Position numbers and translations under genes: made by a program. The notes under the pieces were generated by a model. It made no database searches. It was not told the origin of the DNA and saw only the letters and a program-made list of their open reading frames with translations. DNA of 64,000 bases from Nitrospirota bacterium (lineage in GTDB: Bacteria > Nitrospirota > UBA9217), in the NCBI GenBank assembly GCA_963663225.1, contig OY760142.1:128001-192000 (forward strand), written 5' to 3'. Shown one piece after another: positions 41,803-52,806 of this stretch. Numbering within the stretch: position 1 is the stretch's first letter; each line of letters opens with the position of its first letter.

Positions 41803-42249
41803 CTATGTGCGTTCCGATTTCCGGTACCGGAGAACAATCCAGTAAAATGCAAAATAAGAGAGGATACCGGCGGCAGTGCTCACCGCAAGTGTGCCCGCCA
41901 GATAGGACCAGAGATAGGGTTTCAAAACGGCATACGCTGACGTCAGTGTAAGGTCATTCCATGCGATATCGGGAACTGTACCGTGAGTGCCGGTAATCTT
42001 GAGGCCGATCCAGATACAGAATGCGTACATGGGCACAATGGTCCAGGGGTTATTCACGAACGACGCAGTAAGAACGACGAATTTGCTCACGCGAAAAAGC
42101 CAGGCAAAAAAGAAACAGGAAATGATGTGAAGACCGAGCCAGGGGCTGAAAGCAATAAAGATGCCGACTGCAAAAGCAAGAGCGAGCTTGTGCGGGGGGT
42201 CGTCGAGTTTCATGATGGAACGGAATCGTTCGCGAATATATTTTTTCAT
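41803..42249 (-). CDS. DUF2062 family membrane protein
   Basis: PHKLALAFAVGIFIAFSPWLGLH, NNPWT. Confidence 0.88.
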   Translation of the reverse strand: MKKYIRERFRSIMKLDDPPHKLALAFAVGIFIAFSPWLGLHIISCFFFAWLFRVSKFVVLTASFVNNPWTIVPMYAFCIWIGLKITGTHGTVPDIAWNDLTLTSAYAVLKPYLWSYLAGTLAVSTAAGILSYFAFYWIVLRYRKSERT

Positions 42250-42285
42250 ATCAGACCGGTGGACAACCTGACGAGACAGTGAAGA

Positions 42286-43317
42286 TTATGAAGCGGCATG
42301 GATAAAATGATTATACCCTGTGGGCTTGAGCTGTTTTTTTCTGCTGTCGGCATCGATAAGAGTCATTCCCTTGCTGCGGGTGATTTCTCCGATTTCAACG
42401 GCCGGAATTTTGAGGGCACGCAGCCTCGGTATTTTTGCAGGCGGGACAGTGAACAGGAGTTCATAGTCCTCTCCTCCGGACAGGGCATAATGAAGAAGCG
42501 GTTTGTTTAACGCCGCTGCCGCGTTCCGGAGTCCGTCAGACAAAGGGATTTTGTCTGCGTAGAGGGCCGCTCCCACCCTGCTCTGCTCACAGATATGCCC
42601 CAGATCTGACGAAATGCCGTCGCTTACGTCGATCATGGCGCTCGCGCAACCGGCGCTGGCGATTTTCCTGCCCCATTCCGCGCGTGGAACAGGACGGAGA
42701 TGACGCTCGATCAGGCGCGAACGAGCAGGTCCTGGAACATGCAGTCTCCGTTTTTCATTCCGATTCCCGTGCTTAGCATCCAGCAGAATTTCCAGTCCTG
42801 CGGCCGAATCTCCCAGTGTTCCGGTGACAAAAATTTTATCTCCGGCATTTGCCCCCGCCCTGGTCAGAGCACGTTTTTTTTCCACCTCGCCGAGAAGCGT
42901 TACGCTGATGATCAGGTCGTCCCGGGAAGAACAGGTGTCCCCGCCGACAAGAGCCGTTTTATATGCAGCAAGAACAGCATTGAACCCCCGGTAGAACTCA
43001 GAGATATGCTCCACAGAGATGCCGGAAGTGATGCCGAGGGAGGTAAGACAAAAACGGGAAACACCACCCATGGCGGCGATGTCGCTCACATTCACCGCGG
43101 CTGACTTCCACCCGAGAGAGTAAAAATCGGTGCATAACAGATCGAAATGCACCCGTTCGATCAGCATATCGGTTGTGGTGAGCAGGAGCATGCCGGGCGA
43201 AACAGCAAGGGCGGCTGCATCGTCGCCGATGCCCAAATGAACGGCGGGCGACGTGCGGGAAGATTGTTTTTGAATTTTTTTGATCAGACCAAATTCGCCC
43301 AGCGTTGACAATTTCAT
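42286..43317 (-). CDS. thiL: Thiamine-monophosphate kinase
   Basis: GEFGLI, GIGDDAA, NVSDIAAMGG, GGDT, DVSDG, GGEDYELL. Confidence 0.97.
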   Translation of the reverse strand: MKLSTLGEFGLIKKIQKQSSRTSPAVHLGIGDDAAALAVSPGMLLLTTTDMLIERVHFDLLCTDFYSLGWKSAAVNVSDIAAMGGVSRFCLTSLGITSGISVEHISEFYRGFNAVLAAYKTALVGGDTCSSRDDLIISVTLLGEVEKKRALTRAGANAGDKIFVTGTLGDSAAGLEILLDAKHGNRNEKRRLHVPGPARSRLIERHLRPVPRAEWGRKIASAGCASAMIDVSDGISSDLGHICEQSRVGAALYADKIPLSDGLRNAAAALNKPLLHYALSGGEDYELLFTVPPAKIPRLRALKIPAVEIGEITRSKGMTLIDADSRKKQLKPTGYNHFIHAAS

Positions 43318-43352
43318 GCTTCTGAATTCCTTTGCTTTCGGGTGCCTTTCTC

Positions 43353-45764
43353 TCAATGTGTTGCCATGGACCTGCCGGGCGTTTTCTTTCGCGCGACACG
43401 CCGGACTTTTTTTCCGGTGAGCGCTGTGGATATCACATCATCCATGGTAGAGGCAAAAATGAACTTCATGTCCTTTCGGAGATATTTCGGAATATCGTCG
43501 AGGTCTTTTTCATTTTCCTTCGGAATAATCATGGTCTTGATTCCTGCCCTGCGCGCGGCCAACGTCTTTTCCTTCAGACCGCCGATGGGGAGCACCCTGC
43601 CTCTGAGAGTCACTTCGCCAGTCATGGCCAGGTCTTTTTTTACGGACGCGTTGGTGAACACCGATGCAAGGGCAGTTGCCATCGTAACGCCGGCAGAAGG
43701 ACCGTCTTTCGGAATGGCGCCGGCGGGAACATGGATATGAACGTCCGTTTTCCCGAAGACTTCAGGCTGGATGCCGAGCACGCCCGCGCGCGACCGCACA
43801 TACGTGAGCGCTGCATGGGCGGATTCTTTCATGACGTCCCCCAGGTGTCCGGTCAACGTAAGATTCCCCTTCCCCCGCATCGTTGTCGCTTCGATGTACA
43901 GAATATCGCCGCCTGTTTCGGTCCAGGCAAGTCCGGTTACGACTCCGACCTCGTCCTTTTCCCGTTCGACTTCAGGCAGAAATTTAGGGACCCCCAGATA
44001 GGTGTGAAGGTTCTGCGTGGTTATCGTGAAGAGGCCCGTTTCGCCTTCCGCCACCTTGCGCGCCACCTTGCGGCAAAGATGACCAATCTCCCGTTCAAGG
44101 TTTCTGACGCCCGCTTCGCGGGTATACTGCGCGATGACTTGCAATACAGTTTTGTCGGGAATGCTGATGTCCTTTTCCGAAATTCCGTGCTCAGTCATCT
44201 GGCGGGGGATCAGATAGCTCTTTGCAATCCCCAGCTTTTCCTGCTCCGTGTATCCTGAGAGATGGATGATCTCCATCCTGTCCTTGAGAGGTCCCGGAAT
44301 GGGATCGGTCATGTTCGCCGTAGTAATGAACATCACGTGCGACAGGTCAAAGGGCAGGCCGATATAATGGTCGCTGAATGAATTGTTCTGCTCCGGGTCG
44401 AGCACTTCAAGCAGAGCCGCGGACGGATCGCCCCGGAAATCGGCGCCGATCTTGTCAATTTCGTCCAGCATGAACACCGGATTGTTGTAGCCGGCGGTCT
44501 TGATCCCCTGGATGATCCTGCCGGGGAGGGCTCCGACATAGGTCCGGCGGTGTCCGCGGATTTCGGCCTCGTCCCGCACGCCACCAAGGGATATTCGGAC
44601 AAACTCGCGTCCCAGCGCGCGCGCGATGGACTTGCCGAGGGACGTTTTACCCACGCCGGGAGGACCTACAAAGCACAGTATCGGCCCTTTCATTTTCTCT
44701 TTCAGCTTGCGGACGGACAGATACTCGAGAATTCGTTCCTTCACTTTTTCCAGGTCATAATGGTCTTCTTCCAGGACCTTGTGCGCTGCTTTCAGATCGA
44801 GATTGTCTTTTGTGGATTTGCTCCAGGGAATCTCCACCAGCCATTCGATATAGGTACGGGTCATGGACGCCTCCGCCGCGTCCGGATGCATCCGCTCAAG
44901 ACGGCGCAGCTGTTTTTCAGCCTCCTTGGCCGCTTTCTCAGGCATGTTGGCTTCCTTGATTTTATCGCGAAGTTCCCGGATGTCCTCGGACCGGTCGTCC
45001 GTCTCCCCCAGTTCTCGCTGGATCGCCTTCAACTGTTCCCGAAGGAAATACTCGCGCTGCGTCTTGTCGATTTCACCGCGAACATCCGCCTGGATTTTCT
45101 GCTGCATGGAAAGAAGTTCTATTTCTTTGCCGAGCGCCTCGTTGATGCGCTTGATCCGCTGCACCGGGTCCGTAATTTCAAGGATCTCCTGGGCCTGCTC
45201 CACTTTCATGCCCATGTTGGCGACCGCGAGATCAGCGAGCTTTCCGGGGTCGTCCACGTTCTCGATGACAACCATGATGTCCGGAAGGATCACCTTGCCG
45301 AACGATACCAGCTTTTCGATTTGTTCCTTTACGTTTCTCATCAGCGCCTCGGTCTCGAGGTCTACCGACGCCGGAACATCAGGAAAGGTCTTTATCTCCA
45401 CTTGGTAAAACGGCTCTTTCTGCAGAAACTTTACGGTTTTTGCTCGGGAGACTCCCTGAACCAGGATTTTGATGCGCCCGTCTGGAAGCTTCAGCATCCG
45501 CATGATCAAGCCGACAGTACCGACGGAATAGAGATCAGACGGAGAAGGATTTTCGATATTGATGTCCTTCTGCGAAGTAAGAAAGATCATCCGGTTCCCT
45601 TCCAGGGCCACCTCAATAGCTTTGATGGACATCTCTCTGCCCACAAAAAGCGGAAGAACCATGTGTGGAAATACGACAATATCTCGAATCGGCAGCAGCG
45701 GTATTTTCTTGGGTATCTCGATGGCCTGCTGGAAATCCGTGTCTTTTGCTTCGCTTTTCGCCAA
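43353..45764 (-). CDS. lon: ATP-dependent Lon protease
   Basis: [33 protein letters not shown]; TTG start after SD AAGGAGG. Confidence 0.98.
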   Translation of the reverse strand: MAKSEAKDTDFQQAIEIPKKIPLLPIRDIVVFPHMVLPLFVGREMSIKAIEVALEGNRMIFLTSQKDINIENPSPSDLYSVGTVGLIMRMLKLPDGRIKILVQGVSRAKTVKFLQKEPFYQVEIKTFPDVPASVDLETEALMRNVKEQIEKLVSFGKVILPDIMVVIENVDDPGKLADLAVANMGMKVEQAQEILEITDPVQRIKRINEALGKEIELLSMQQKIQADVRGEIDKTQREYFLREQLKAIQRELGETDDRSEDIRELRDKIKEANMPEKAAKEAEKQLRRLERMHPDAAEASMTRTYIEWLVEIPWSKSTKDNLDLKAAHKVLEEDHYDLEKVKERILEYLSVRKLKEKMKGPILCFVGPPGVGKTSLGKSIARALGREFVRISLGGVRDEAEIRGHRRTYVGALPGRIIQGIKTAGYNNPVFMLDEIDKIGADFRGDPSAALLEVLDPEQNNSFSDHYIGLPFDLSHVMFITTANMTDPIPGPLKDRMEIIHLSGYTEQEKLGIAKSYLIPRQMTEHGISEKDISIPDKTVLQVIAQYTREAGVRNLEREIGHLCRKVARKVAEGETGLFTITTQNLHTYLGVPKFLPEVEREKDEVGVVTGLAWTETGGDILYIEATTMRGKGNLTLTGHLGDVMKESAHAALTYVRSRAGVLGIQPEVFGKTDVHIHVPAGAIPKDGPSAGVTMATALASVFTNASVKKDLAMTGEVTLRGRVLPIGGLKEKTLAARRAGIKTMIIPKENEKDLDDIPKYLRKDMKFIFASTMDDVISTALTGKKVRRVARKKTPGRSMATH

Positions 45765-45823
45765 CCTGTCCTCCTTGGTCGTCAGAACCAATAACCGACC
45801 GTTCTCCCCGGCATCGCGGGGAT

Positions 45824-46693
45824 TTATAGTTTTAGTTTCTGCAAATACCGCCGGAATTCTTCGCCGAATTCCTTGTTTTTCAGGCCGAATTCAACCGTCG
45901 CCTTCAGAAAACCCAGTTTATCACCAGCGTCGTGACGCACTCCCCGAAACTCATAGGCATAAATCGGTTGTTCCCGCATGAGGATTTTAAGTCCGTCAGT
46001 CAGTTGGATTTCCCCGCCCTTGCCTGGTTTCGTATGCTCCAAGGCGGAAAAAATTTCCGGCATGAGAATATAGCGGCCGATAATCGCGAGATCGGAAGGC
46101 GCTTCGTCCGGTGAAGGCTTTTCAACCATATCTTTGACCAGGTAAACACCATCCTCGATTTTTTTGGCGTCAATGATCCCGTAGTGCTGCGTCTGCGACT
46201 TCGGCACTTTCTGAATTGCCAGAATGGTCGCAGGATATTTTTTATACACCTGTATCATCTGTTTTAAAACCGGCACGTCGGCATCGATTATGTCATCGCC
46301 CAGCAGAACGGCAAACGGGTCATTGCTTACGATGCGTTTTGTCGTCAGCACGGCGTGTCCGAGCCCCAGGGCCTTTTTCTGTCTGATATAGCAGAATGTC
46401 ACCAAATCTGCAATGCGCTGGACTTCCGACAACAGCTTGTGTTTGCCCTTCGCTTTCAGATCTTCTTCAAGCTCGAATGCCACATCGAAATGGTCCTCAA
46501 TGGACCGTTTTCCTCTGCCGGTGACCAGCACCACCTCTTCTATGCCTGATGACACCGCCTCCTCAACCACATACTGTATAAGCGGCTTGTCAACGAGTGG
46601 GAGCATTTCTTTGGGTGAGACCTTGGTCGCCGGCAAAAAGCGCGTTCCCAGACCGGCAGCCGGAAAAACTGCTTTTGTAATTGGCCTATGCAC
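45824..46693 (-). CDS. galU: UTP--glucose-1-phosphate uridylyltransferase
   Basis: [29 protein letters not shown]; GTG start after AAGGAG. Confidence 0.97.
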   Translation of the reverse strand: MHRPITKAVFPAAGLGTRFLPATKVSPKEMLPLVDKPLIQYVVEEAVSSGIEEVVLVTGRGKRSIEDHFDVAFELEEDLKAKGKHKLLSEVQRIADLVTFCYIRQKKALGLGHAVLTTKRIVSNDPFAVLLGDDIIDADVPVLKQMIQVYKKYPATILAIQKVPKSQTQHYGIIDAKKIEDGVYLVKDMVEKPSPDEAPSDLAIIGRYILMPEIFSALEHTKPGKGGEIQLTDGLKILMREQPIYAYEFRGVRHDAGDKLGFLKATVEFGLKNKEFGEEFRRYLQKLKL

Positions 46694-46775
46694 AGACAAC
46701 TCCTTGCTTCATATTAGGAAACACCTCCGCAAAAGTCAAGAACCGGCGGATGACCTGAGGCATGCAGGCATTCTG

Positions 46776-48179
46776 CTATCTGACCGGCACGCTCCCGAGC
46801 AGATATTTCAAATCATCATCGTCGAACCGAAGTCCGATGCCGATAAACGGCGCTTTCCTCTTGCTGTTCAGGAAATTATCATATCCGGCATTCACAAAAA
46901 GGTTTTTGAAAGGCTGATAAGTCGCCGTTGCCTTCAGATGTGCGTTTTTATTTCCCTCTTCCTTGCTGCTGAAGTTCCAGGCATCAAAACTGAATTTCAG
47001 ACGGTCATCAAAGGCAAAATAATCAACACCAGCGCCGCCTGATGACTCTATGAGTCCGAGTCGGGCGGCAAGGTTTCCCCATCGCTTTGCGAAAAGCAGG
47101 GTGAATTCGTAGCTGTCGGAATAGCTTTCGGACACAACCTCGCCCCCGGGCGTCAACTGCACGGTACGGTGGTATTTTCCGAAGGGATCGTTGGTGACTT
47201 CCAGAATATAATATTGATCAGGCCGCGGTTTGATTTCGAGCGTGGCGTAGCTTTTGGCTTCCGGGAACAGGTATTCCGACCTGAACGCCAGTGTCGTCTT
47301 GAGCCGTTCAGCGCGGGAAACATAGTCGCTCAACCCTTTGGCGGCAGTGTCGATGTTTTTATACATGCTGTCGTCGTTCACAAGCTTGCCGATGGTTCCT
47401 TCTCCGCGTTCGATTTTCTGGGTCACGTTCTCTATGGAGGTAAGCGCCTGCTCCGCTTTCTTCGAGGCGACGCGGACATTTTCCATCGTCACCTTGAGAT
47501 TATCGCGGTTTTCCGTCACAACACTATTGAGGCTTGCGACCAGTTCGTTCAGCCTCACGACCAGCTCCCCTCCGTCACTCCGGAGGGTGCGGGAGAAATC
47601 CTTGACGTTTGCCATGGTCTGGCGGAGGTCGCCGAGGATGTCCTCCATGGAGCGCGTTCCCTGCTCGGTCCCGAAAACCTTCCGGAGGGAAGCCGTCACC
47701 TGCTTGATATCGTCGGCTATGGCTGAAAGCTGATTGACAAGCTTGTCCACATCGCTCGGTGATATTGTCGCCTGCACACGGTCTCCTGCCTGATAATAGG
47801 GGGAGCGCTCTGCGGAAGCAGGCTGTTGAGCAACGCTTTTCTGGGGGACGAACTCTACATACTTCTCTCCCAGGAGGCCCATTGTTTTGATCATCGCTTC
47901 GGATCCACGCTGTATCTGCACATCAGGGTCGATCCGCATGATTACTTTTGCCCTGCTGTTTTCAAGCTCAATTTTTTCCACGACACCGATTTTAACACCC
48001 GCCATCCGCACCGCAGACTTTGCATCAAGACCGGCAACGGAATCAAAGGTCGCCTGCAAAAGATAGCCTTTTTTTGCTCCAAACTGGTATTTGCCAACAG
48101 CAAAGGTCATGACCAGAAGGATGACGGAACCGACAATGACCAGCAATCCCACTTTTGCTTCCGGACTTAGTTTCTGCAT
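46776..48179 (-). CDS. mlaD: Long MCE/MlaD protein (TM, MCE, helical region, beta-rich C-terminus)
   Basis: EAKVGLL, GLDAKSAVRMAGVKIGVV, GLLGEKYV. Confidence 0.9.
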   Translation of the reverse strand: MQKLSPEAKVGLLVIVGSVILLVMTFAVGKYQFGAKKGYLLQATFDSVAGLDAKSAVRMAGVKIGVVEKIELENSRAKVIMRIDPDVQIQRGSEAMIKTMGLLGEKYVEFVPQKSVAQQPASAERSPYYQAGDRVQATISPSDVDKLVNQLSAIADDIKQVTASLRKVFGTEQGTRSMEDILGDLRQTMANVKDFSRTLRSDGGELVVRLNELVASLNSVVTENRDNLKVTMENVRVASKKAEQALTSIENVTQKIERGEGTIGKLVNDDSMYKNIDTAAKGLSDYVSRAERLKTTLAFRSEYLFPEAKSYATLEIKPRPDQYYILEVTNDPFGKYHRTVQLTPGGEVVSESYSDSYEFTLLFAKRWGNLAARLGLIESSGGAGVDYFAFDDRLKFSFDAWNFSSKEEGNKNAHLKATATYQPFKNLFVNAGYDNFLNSKRKAPFIGIGLRFDDDDLKYLLGSVPVR

Positions 48180-48283
48180 GCAGGCTCCTGTTTTCTGATG
48201 GAATCCGGACGTGGAAACAAGCTGCCCGATTCAACAACATTCCAAAGCAGCCGCCTAATCCGCATTTCCGTGACGAAATGAAT

Positions 48284-49036
48284 TTATTCCGCCGTTATCG
48301 GTCCCACCGCGCTGCCGCTGATAAACTGGCGCACAATGGGATTGGTCGTATTCCTGATCTCCGCAGGGGTCCCGATTTCCTGAATCTCGCCCTTATACAA
48401 CATGGCGATTCGGTCGGATATCTTATACGCGCTCTGCATATCATGGGTAATGGCAACCGAAGTTACGCCGAGCTTTTTCCTGAGATCGATGATCAAATCG
48501 TTGATCGAATCCGCACTGATAGGATCAAGTCCCGTCGTAGGCTCGTCGTACAAAATAATCTCAGCATTCATGGCGATTGCTCGGGCAAGCCCCACCCTTT
48601 TTTTCATGCCGCCGGACAAGTCCGACGGCATTTTGTCTTCAATGTCCTTCAGCCCCACAAGTGCAAGCTTCTCCGTTGCTATTTTCCGTATCTCCGCATC
48701 GGACAGTTTGGTGTGCTGTTTTATGGAAAAACCGACGTTTTCCCATACAGTCAGGGAGTCAAACAGCGCCGCGCCCTGAAACAGCATGCCGAATTTTTTC
48801 CGCAGTTCATTCAGACCGTATTCATCAAGTTTGTTCAATTCCTGACCGGCAACAAGCACCCGCCCCCTGTCGGGAAACAACAGGCCGATGATATGCTTCA
48901 GCAACACACTCTTGCCGCTGCCGCTGCCGCCGATGACCGTCATGCTCTCGCCCTTCTCCACCGAAAGGCTCAGCCCCCGGAGCACCTGGAGATCGCCGAA
49001 GCGTTTATGCACGTCAATAATCTCAATCATCGGCAT
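48284..49036 (-). CDS. mlaF: MlaF/Mkl ABC ATPase
   Basis: GGSGSGKS, FQGAALFDSL, LSGGMKKRV, YDEPTTGLDP. Confidence 0.93.
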   Translation of the reverse strand: MPMIEIIDVHKRFGDLQVLRGLSLSVEKGESMTVIGGSGSGKSVLLKHIIGLLFPDRGRVLVAGQELNKLDEYGLNELRKKFGMLFQGAALFDSLTVWENVGFSIKQHTKLSDAEIRKIATEKLALVGLKDIEDKMPSDLSGGMKKRVGLARAIAMNAEIILYDEPTTGLDPISADSINDLIIDLRKKLGVTSVAITHDMQSAYKISDRIAMLYKGEIQEIGTPAEIRNTTNPIVRQFISGSAVGPITAE

Positions 49037-49040
49037 GGCA

Positions 49041-49841
49041 TCACCACAAGAGGGCGGACAGGAAGTAGTCCAGGATCAGGATAAGCATGCAGGAGACGAC
49101 CACGGCTCCCGTCGTTGCCTTGCCCACCCCTTCCGCTCCCCCCTGGGTCGTAAATCCTTTATAACAGCCGATGATCCCGACCACAGCGCCGAATACCAGC
49201 GACTTGACCAGACCGTACCAGATGTCGGAAACCATCGTATAGTCGATGCTGTTGTTGATATACGTGACCGGGTTTGTACCGAGCACCTTTACACCCACGA
49301 AATACCCTCCGGTAATGCCGATAACCATGCCGAGAACAGCCAGGAAGAACATCATGATCGTGCTCGCTATAAAGCGTGGCACTACCAGATATTTCATGGG
49401 GTTCGTGGCAAGCGTGGAAAGCGCATCGATCTGCTCCGTCACCCGCATGGTGCCCAGTTCCGCAGCCATGGCCGCGCCCGCCCTGCCTGCCACCATAAGA
49501 CCGGTGAGCACGGGGCCGAGTTCCCGGGTCATGGACAATGAAACAACCGTGCCGATCAGTGTTTCCGCGCCGAATCGTTTAAAGCCAGTATAGCTCTGCA
49601 AGGCAAGCACCATGCCCGTCGACAGCGCCGTGGTCAGAACCACGGGAATGGAATTGACGCCGATCTGCTCCATCTGCTTCAGGACGTTTTTGAAATAGAA
49701 CGGCCTGCTGAAGGTCCAGCGGAGCGTGTGCCAGAAGAAAATAAGAACTTTGCCGACATCCGCGACAAAGTGAGATGTCTTGCGGCCCACTGTCTCAAAC
49801 AGGTTAAGAATATATCCGGGGGACCCGGTCGCTGATGCCAC
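49041..49841 (-). CDS. mlaE: MlaE ABC permease
   Basis: RELGPVLTGL, AELGTMRVTEQIDAL, GAEGVGKATT. GTG start after GAGGTG, overlapping the alr 3' end; start uncertain. Confidence 0.93.
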   Translation of the reverse strand: MASATGSPGYILNLFETVGRKTSHFVADVGKVLIFFWHTLRWTFSRPFYFKNVLKQMEQIGVNSIPVVLTTALSTGMVLALQSYTGFKRFGAETLIGTVVSLSMTRELGPVLTGLMVAGRAGAAMAAELGTMRVTEQIDALSTLATNPMKYLVVPRFIASTIMMFFLAVLGMVIGITGGYFVGVKVLGTNPVTYINNSIDYTMVSDIWYGLVKSLVFGAVVGIIGCYKGFTTQGGAEGVGKATTGAVVVSCMLILILDYFLSALLW

Positions 49842-50976
49842 ACAGCACCTCATACGCAATAGTTCCGGTTTTGGCAGCAATATCGTCCGCCGTTATTCGT
49901 TCGTTGCCCTGACTTCCGATGAGCACCACATCGTCGCCTTCACGAACGCCGGGAACCTCGGTCACATCCAGCATGCACATGTCCATGCACACACGGCCCA
50001 CAAGGGGGACGCGGGTGCCCCGGACGATGGCCTCCCCTTTATTCGACAGAGCGCGGCTGTATCCGTCCGCATAGCCGATCGGTATCGTCGCAATGACGCT
50101 TTGCCTGCGCGTCACAAACGTTCTGCCGTAACTGATCGAAGTACCGGATGGAACGGTCTTAAGAAAGGCAATACGCGTCATCAGCGACAGAACAGGACGC
50201 AAATCCATGCCTGCCGCGTGCTTTTCCAGCGGATTATATCCGTACAGTATCAGACCCGGCCGTGCCATCGTCAAAAGCGACTGCCCGTAATCAAGCACTG
50301 CCGCGCTGTTTGCCGCGTGGCGGAGGGGGACATGCACTCCTTCCGCCAGGAGAGTTTTGATCAGCGTTTCAAAGCGAACCAGCTGCAGATCAGCATACCG
50401 TTTGTCGCACAGATCGGCGTCGGCAAAATGAGTCATCAGCCCTTCGACCTTCAGATTGCCGAGTGCTTTCAACTCCGCAATCAAGGCCGGTGCGTCCTCG
50501 GGCGGGATGCCTATTCTTCCCATGCCGGTGTCTATTTTTACATGAACCGGAACTGTCTTGCCATGCTTTTTTGCCGCGGTAGAAATCGCACGCGCAACCG
50601 AGCCCGTAAAAACAACCGGAGTAAGATCCGCCGCGACAACAGCGTCTGCCTGCTCCGGAAAAAGCACTCCCATCACCAAAATCGGGGCGGTAATTCCCCC
50701 TTCCCGCAAATCGTAGCCCTCTTCGACCAGCGCTACGCCGAGCATATCCGCACCAAGACTCAGAAGCCGCCGGGAAACCTCCACAGCTCCATGACCGTAG
50801 GCTTCTGCCTTGACCACTGCAAGTATTTTACTGCCGCCGGCACGGCGCACGATCTCCTGATAATTATGAGCGAGGGAGTTCAGATCAACGACCACCCGTG
50901 TCGGCCTGTGAAAAGCAGCCCGGAGCGGCGGCGATGAGGGGCAGTCTGTATGGACGTCAGTGTATGGTGCTCTCAT
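49804..50976 (-). CDS. alr: Alanine racemase
   Basis: AVVKAEAYGHG, KIDTGMGRIG, GYADG, GRVCMD, TIAYE. Confidence 0.97.
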   Translation of the reverse strand: MRAPYTDVHTDCPSSPPLRAAFHRPTRVVVDLNSLAHNYQEIVRRAGGSKILAVVKAEAYGHGAVEVSRRLLSLGADMLGVALVEEGYDLREGGITAPILVMGVLFPEQADAVVAADLTPVVFTGSVARAISTAAKKHGKTVPVHVKIDTGMGRIGIPPEDAPALIAELKALGNLKVEGLMTHFADADLCDKRYADLQLVRFETLIKTLLAEGVHVPLRHAANSAAVLDYGQSLLTMARPGLILYGYNPLEKHAAGMDLRPVLSLMTRIAFLKTVPSGTSISYGRTFVTRRQSVIATIPIGYADGYSRALSNKGEAIVRGTRVPLVGRVCMDMCMLDVTEVPGVREGDDVVLIGSQGNERITADDIAAKTGTIAYEVLCGISDRVPRIYS

Positions 50977-51151
50977 TGATTTTTTCGAACGAGTTCGATG
51001 TCGGCAGTATTTCTATTTTGTCAAACGACTGTGCACAGTCAAGGCATTCCCAGTGATGTATCGTCCAGTATTCGAAATCCATCTCAAGACTGTAGTCATC
51101 TTCCTGAAAAAGGTTCGTACCGCCGCAAAATGGGCACATGTTTGGTTCCAT
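50957..51151 (-). CDS. Small acidic Zn-ribbon protein (64 aa)
   Basis: SD GGAGGAG; CPFCG...WECLDC; overlaps the alr start. Confidence 0.7.
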   Translation of the reverse strand: MEPNMCPFCGGTNLFQEDDYSLEMDFEYWTIHHWECLDCAQSFDKIEILPTSNSFEKINESTIH

Positions 51152-51710
51152 TGCGACTCCTCCGAGATTCATTTCCGCTGCAATGCACTTCTTTTGACGC
51201 GAAAAAAAACCACTGCATCAGGCTATGTGCGCATCACAAAATAACCGGTCGTATGATCGAAAAACAACCGACGCACGGCATTACCTGTAAAAAAAGCTAT
51301 ATTTTCATATGGTTTAATTGTACTCTATCATAGAGATGGTTTTTTTGCAAAAGATTTTTTGTTTTTATGACACAGTTGCATCCTCCTTTTCATATCTGGG
51401 CAAAAAGGATCCAGACATTGAAACGATTCGATAAGGCAACCGGTACTATATAAGAAACTTCTTCGATTCCGTATGGCCCTCTGACAGCGGCAGACTTCTT
51501 GACTACAGCACGAAACAATGCTAGCATAAACAAACGGAATAAGAGACATCTTTCCTCCAATAGCGATGATTCAAATGCCTAAGGTATTACAGCTTTCATT
51601 TTATGGCTGATGAAAGCTGCCTTTTGGTTTTTTCAGCAACAAAAAAATTTAGCACTGCTCAATGCCGGCATCACCTAACAAGACGGAGTGTACATCCCGT
51701 GGTCGAACCG

Positions 51711-52460
51711 ATGACTCAGGATTCAGACAGCAAGACGCCTGACCAGAAAACAAAGTTTGCGCTTCTCGTCGATGGCTACGCAAAAGACCTCTTTACGACA
51801 GGCTTGATACTACAGCGTCTTGGTTATGATATCTATATTGCCAATACGGCTGAAGATGCGCTGAAAATCATTGACGTTGCCATGCCTGCGCTCATCATAA
51901 GCGAACTGGTCTTGCCAAACATGTCCGGCCTTGAACTGCTTGTGCGAATAAAACACAGCACTGAAAGCAAATCCATTCCTTTCATAATTCATACTGCTCT
52001 GGATGACCCAAAACGGGAGGAACTGTGCAGGGCATCGGGATGTTCGGCCATCTTGAAAAAGCCGGCAAACCCAAGCGCACTCTATAGTGCGATCCAGCAG
52101 GCAACAGAGCAGACGCCGCGAAGACATATACGGCTGCGGACGCTGCTCCCGGTCAGGATTGGCGGGACACCTGTAAACGAGACCGTTGGAACAGAATTCG
52201 TATCAGCACTCTCTGAAGATGGAATTTTTGTACGCACACTGAGTCCCCGCCCCGTCGGATCAATACTGCCGGTCACCATAATGATTCATTCTATCCCCGT
52301 CAAGCTGAAAGCAACCGTCCTGCGCAGCATCACCATAAATCCCGGAGTATTCAAAGAACCGGGAATGGCCATGAAATTCGCCGATATATCGGCCACCGAC
52401 AGAGAACTGCTCAGAAATTTTATCTTAGGACAGATCATGAAGGATGTCCCCTCACAATAA
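51711..52460 (+). CDS. Pseudo-receiver plus PilZ domain protein
   Basis: REC fold (LLVDG, LIISELVLPNMSG, KKP) followed by PRRHIR...ALSEDGIF...GMAMKF. Confidence 0.85.
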   Translation: MTQDSDSKTPDQKTKFALLVDGYAKDLFTTGLILQRLGYDIYIANTAEDALKIIDVAMPALIISELVLPNMSGLELLVRIKHSTESKSIPFIIHTALDDPKREELCRASGCSAILKKPANPSALYSAIQQATEQTPRRHIRLRTLLPVRIGGTPVNETVGTEFVSALSEDGIFVRTLSPRPVGSILPVTIMIHSIPVKLKATVLRSITINPGVFKEPGMAMKFADISATDRELLRNFILGQIMKDVPSQ

Positions 52461-52806
52461 AACATCCATACCCGATCACCGTTTTCCTGCTCCTCCTACA
52501 TTCCTTGACAAGCAATTACAATATAAATGCCGCAGAGAACCGAAAACTAAATTCTGTGGGAAGAATGCGTTTAACTATCCGATATATTAAGGCTTTTTCT
52601 TTAGTTTTTAAATAATTTCCACAACACACCGTTTTTTTTTCGCAAACCACCGTTTATCGGTATGGACAACAGTATACCGTTGCAGTATAATTAACTCTCC
52701 TGTATAATAAAAGTGTTTGTACCTGTTTTCAACGCGTTAAGAGGATATTTACTGCACGAGAACGTGATTTTCGGACTGCCGGCACAATGAATATGAATAA
52801 ACAGGT

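Noticed and set aside
43332-45794. 308-aa and 414-aa plus-strand ORFs
   Set aside because: Antisense to lon; expected from codon bias.
48155-50937. 309-aa and 385-aa plus-strand ORFs
   Set aside because: Antisense shadows of mlaF and alr.
51225-51237. TGTG-N5-CACA palindrome as a second CRP box
   Set aside because: Spacing and the left half-site do not fit TGTGA-N6-TCACA.
51328-51549. 73-aa minus-strand ORF and an AGGAGG-preceded mini-ORF
   Set aside because: No plausible SD spacing for a substantial ORF, and the composition looks non-coding.
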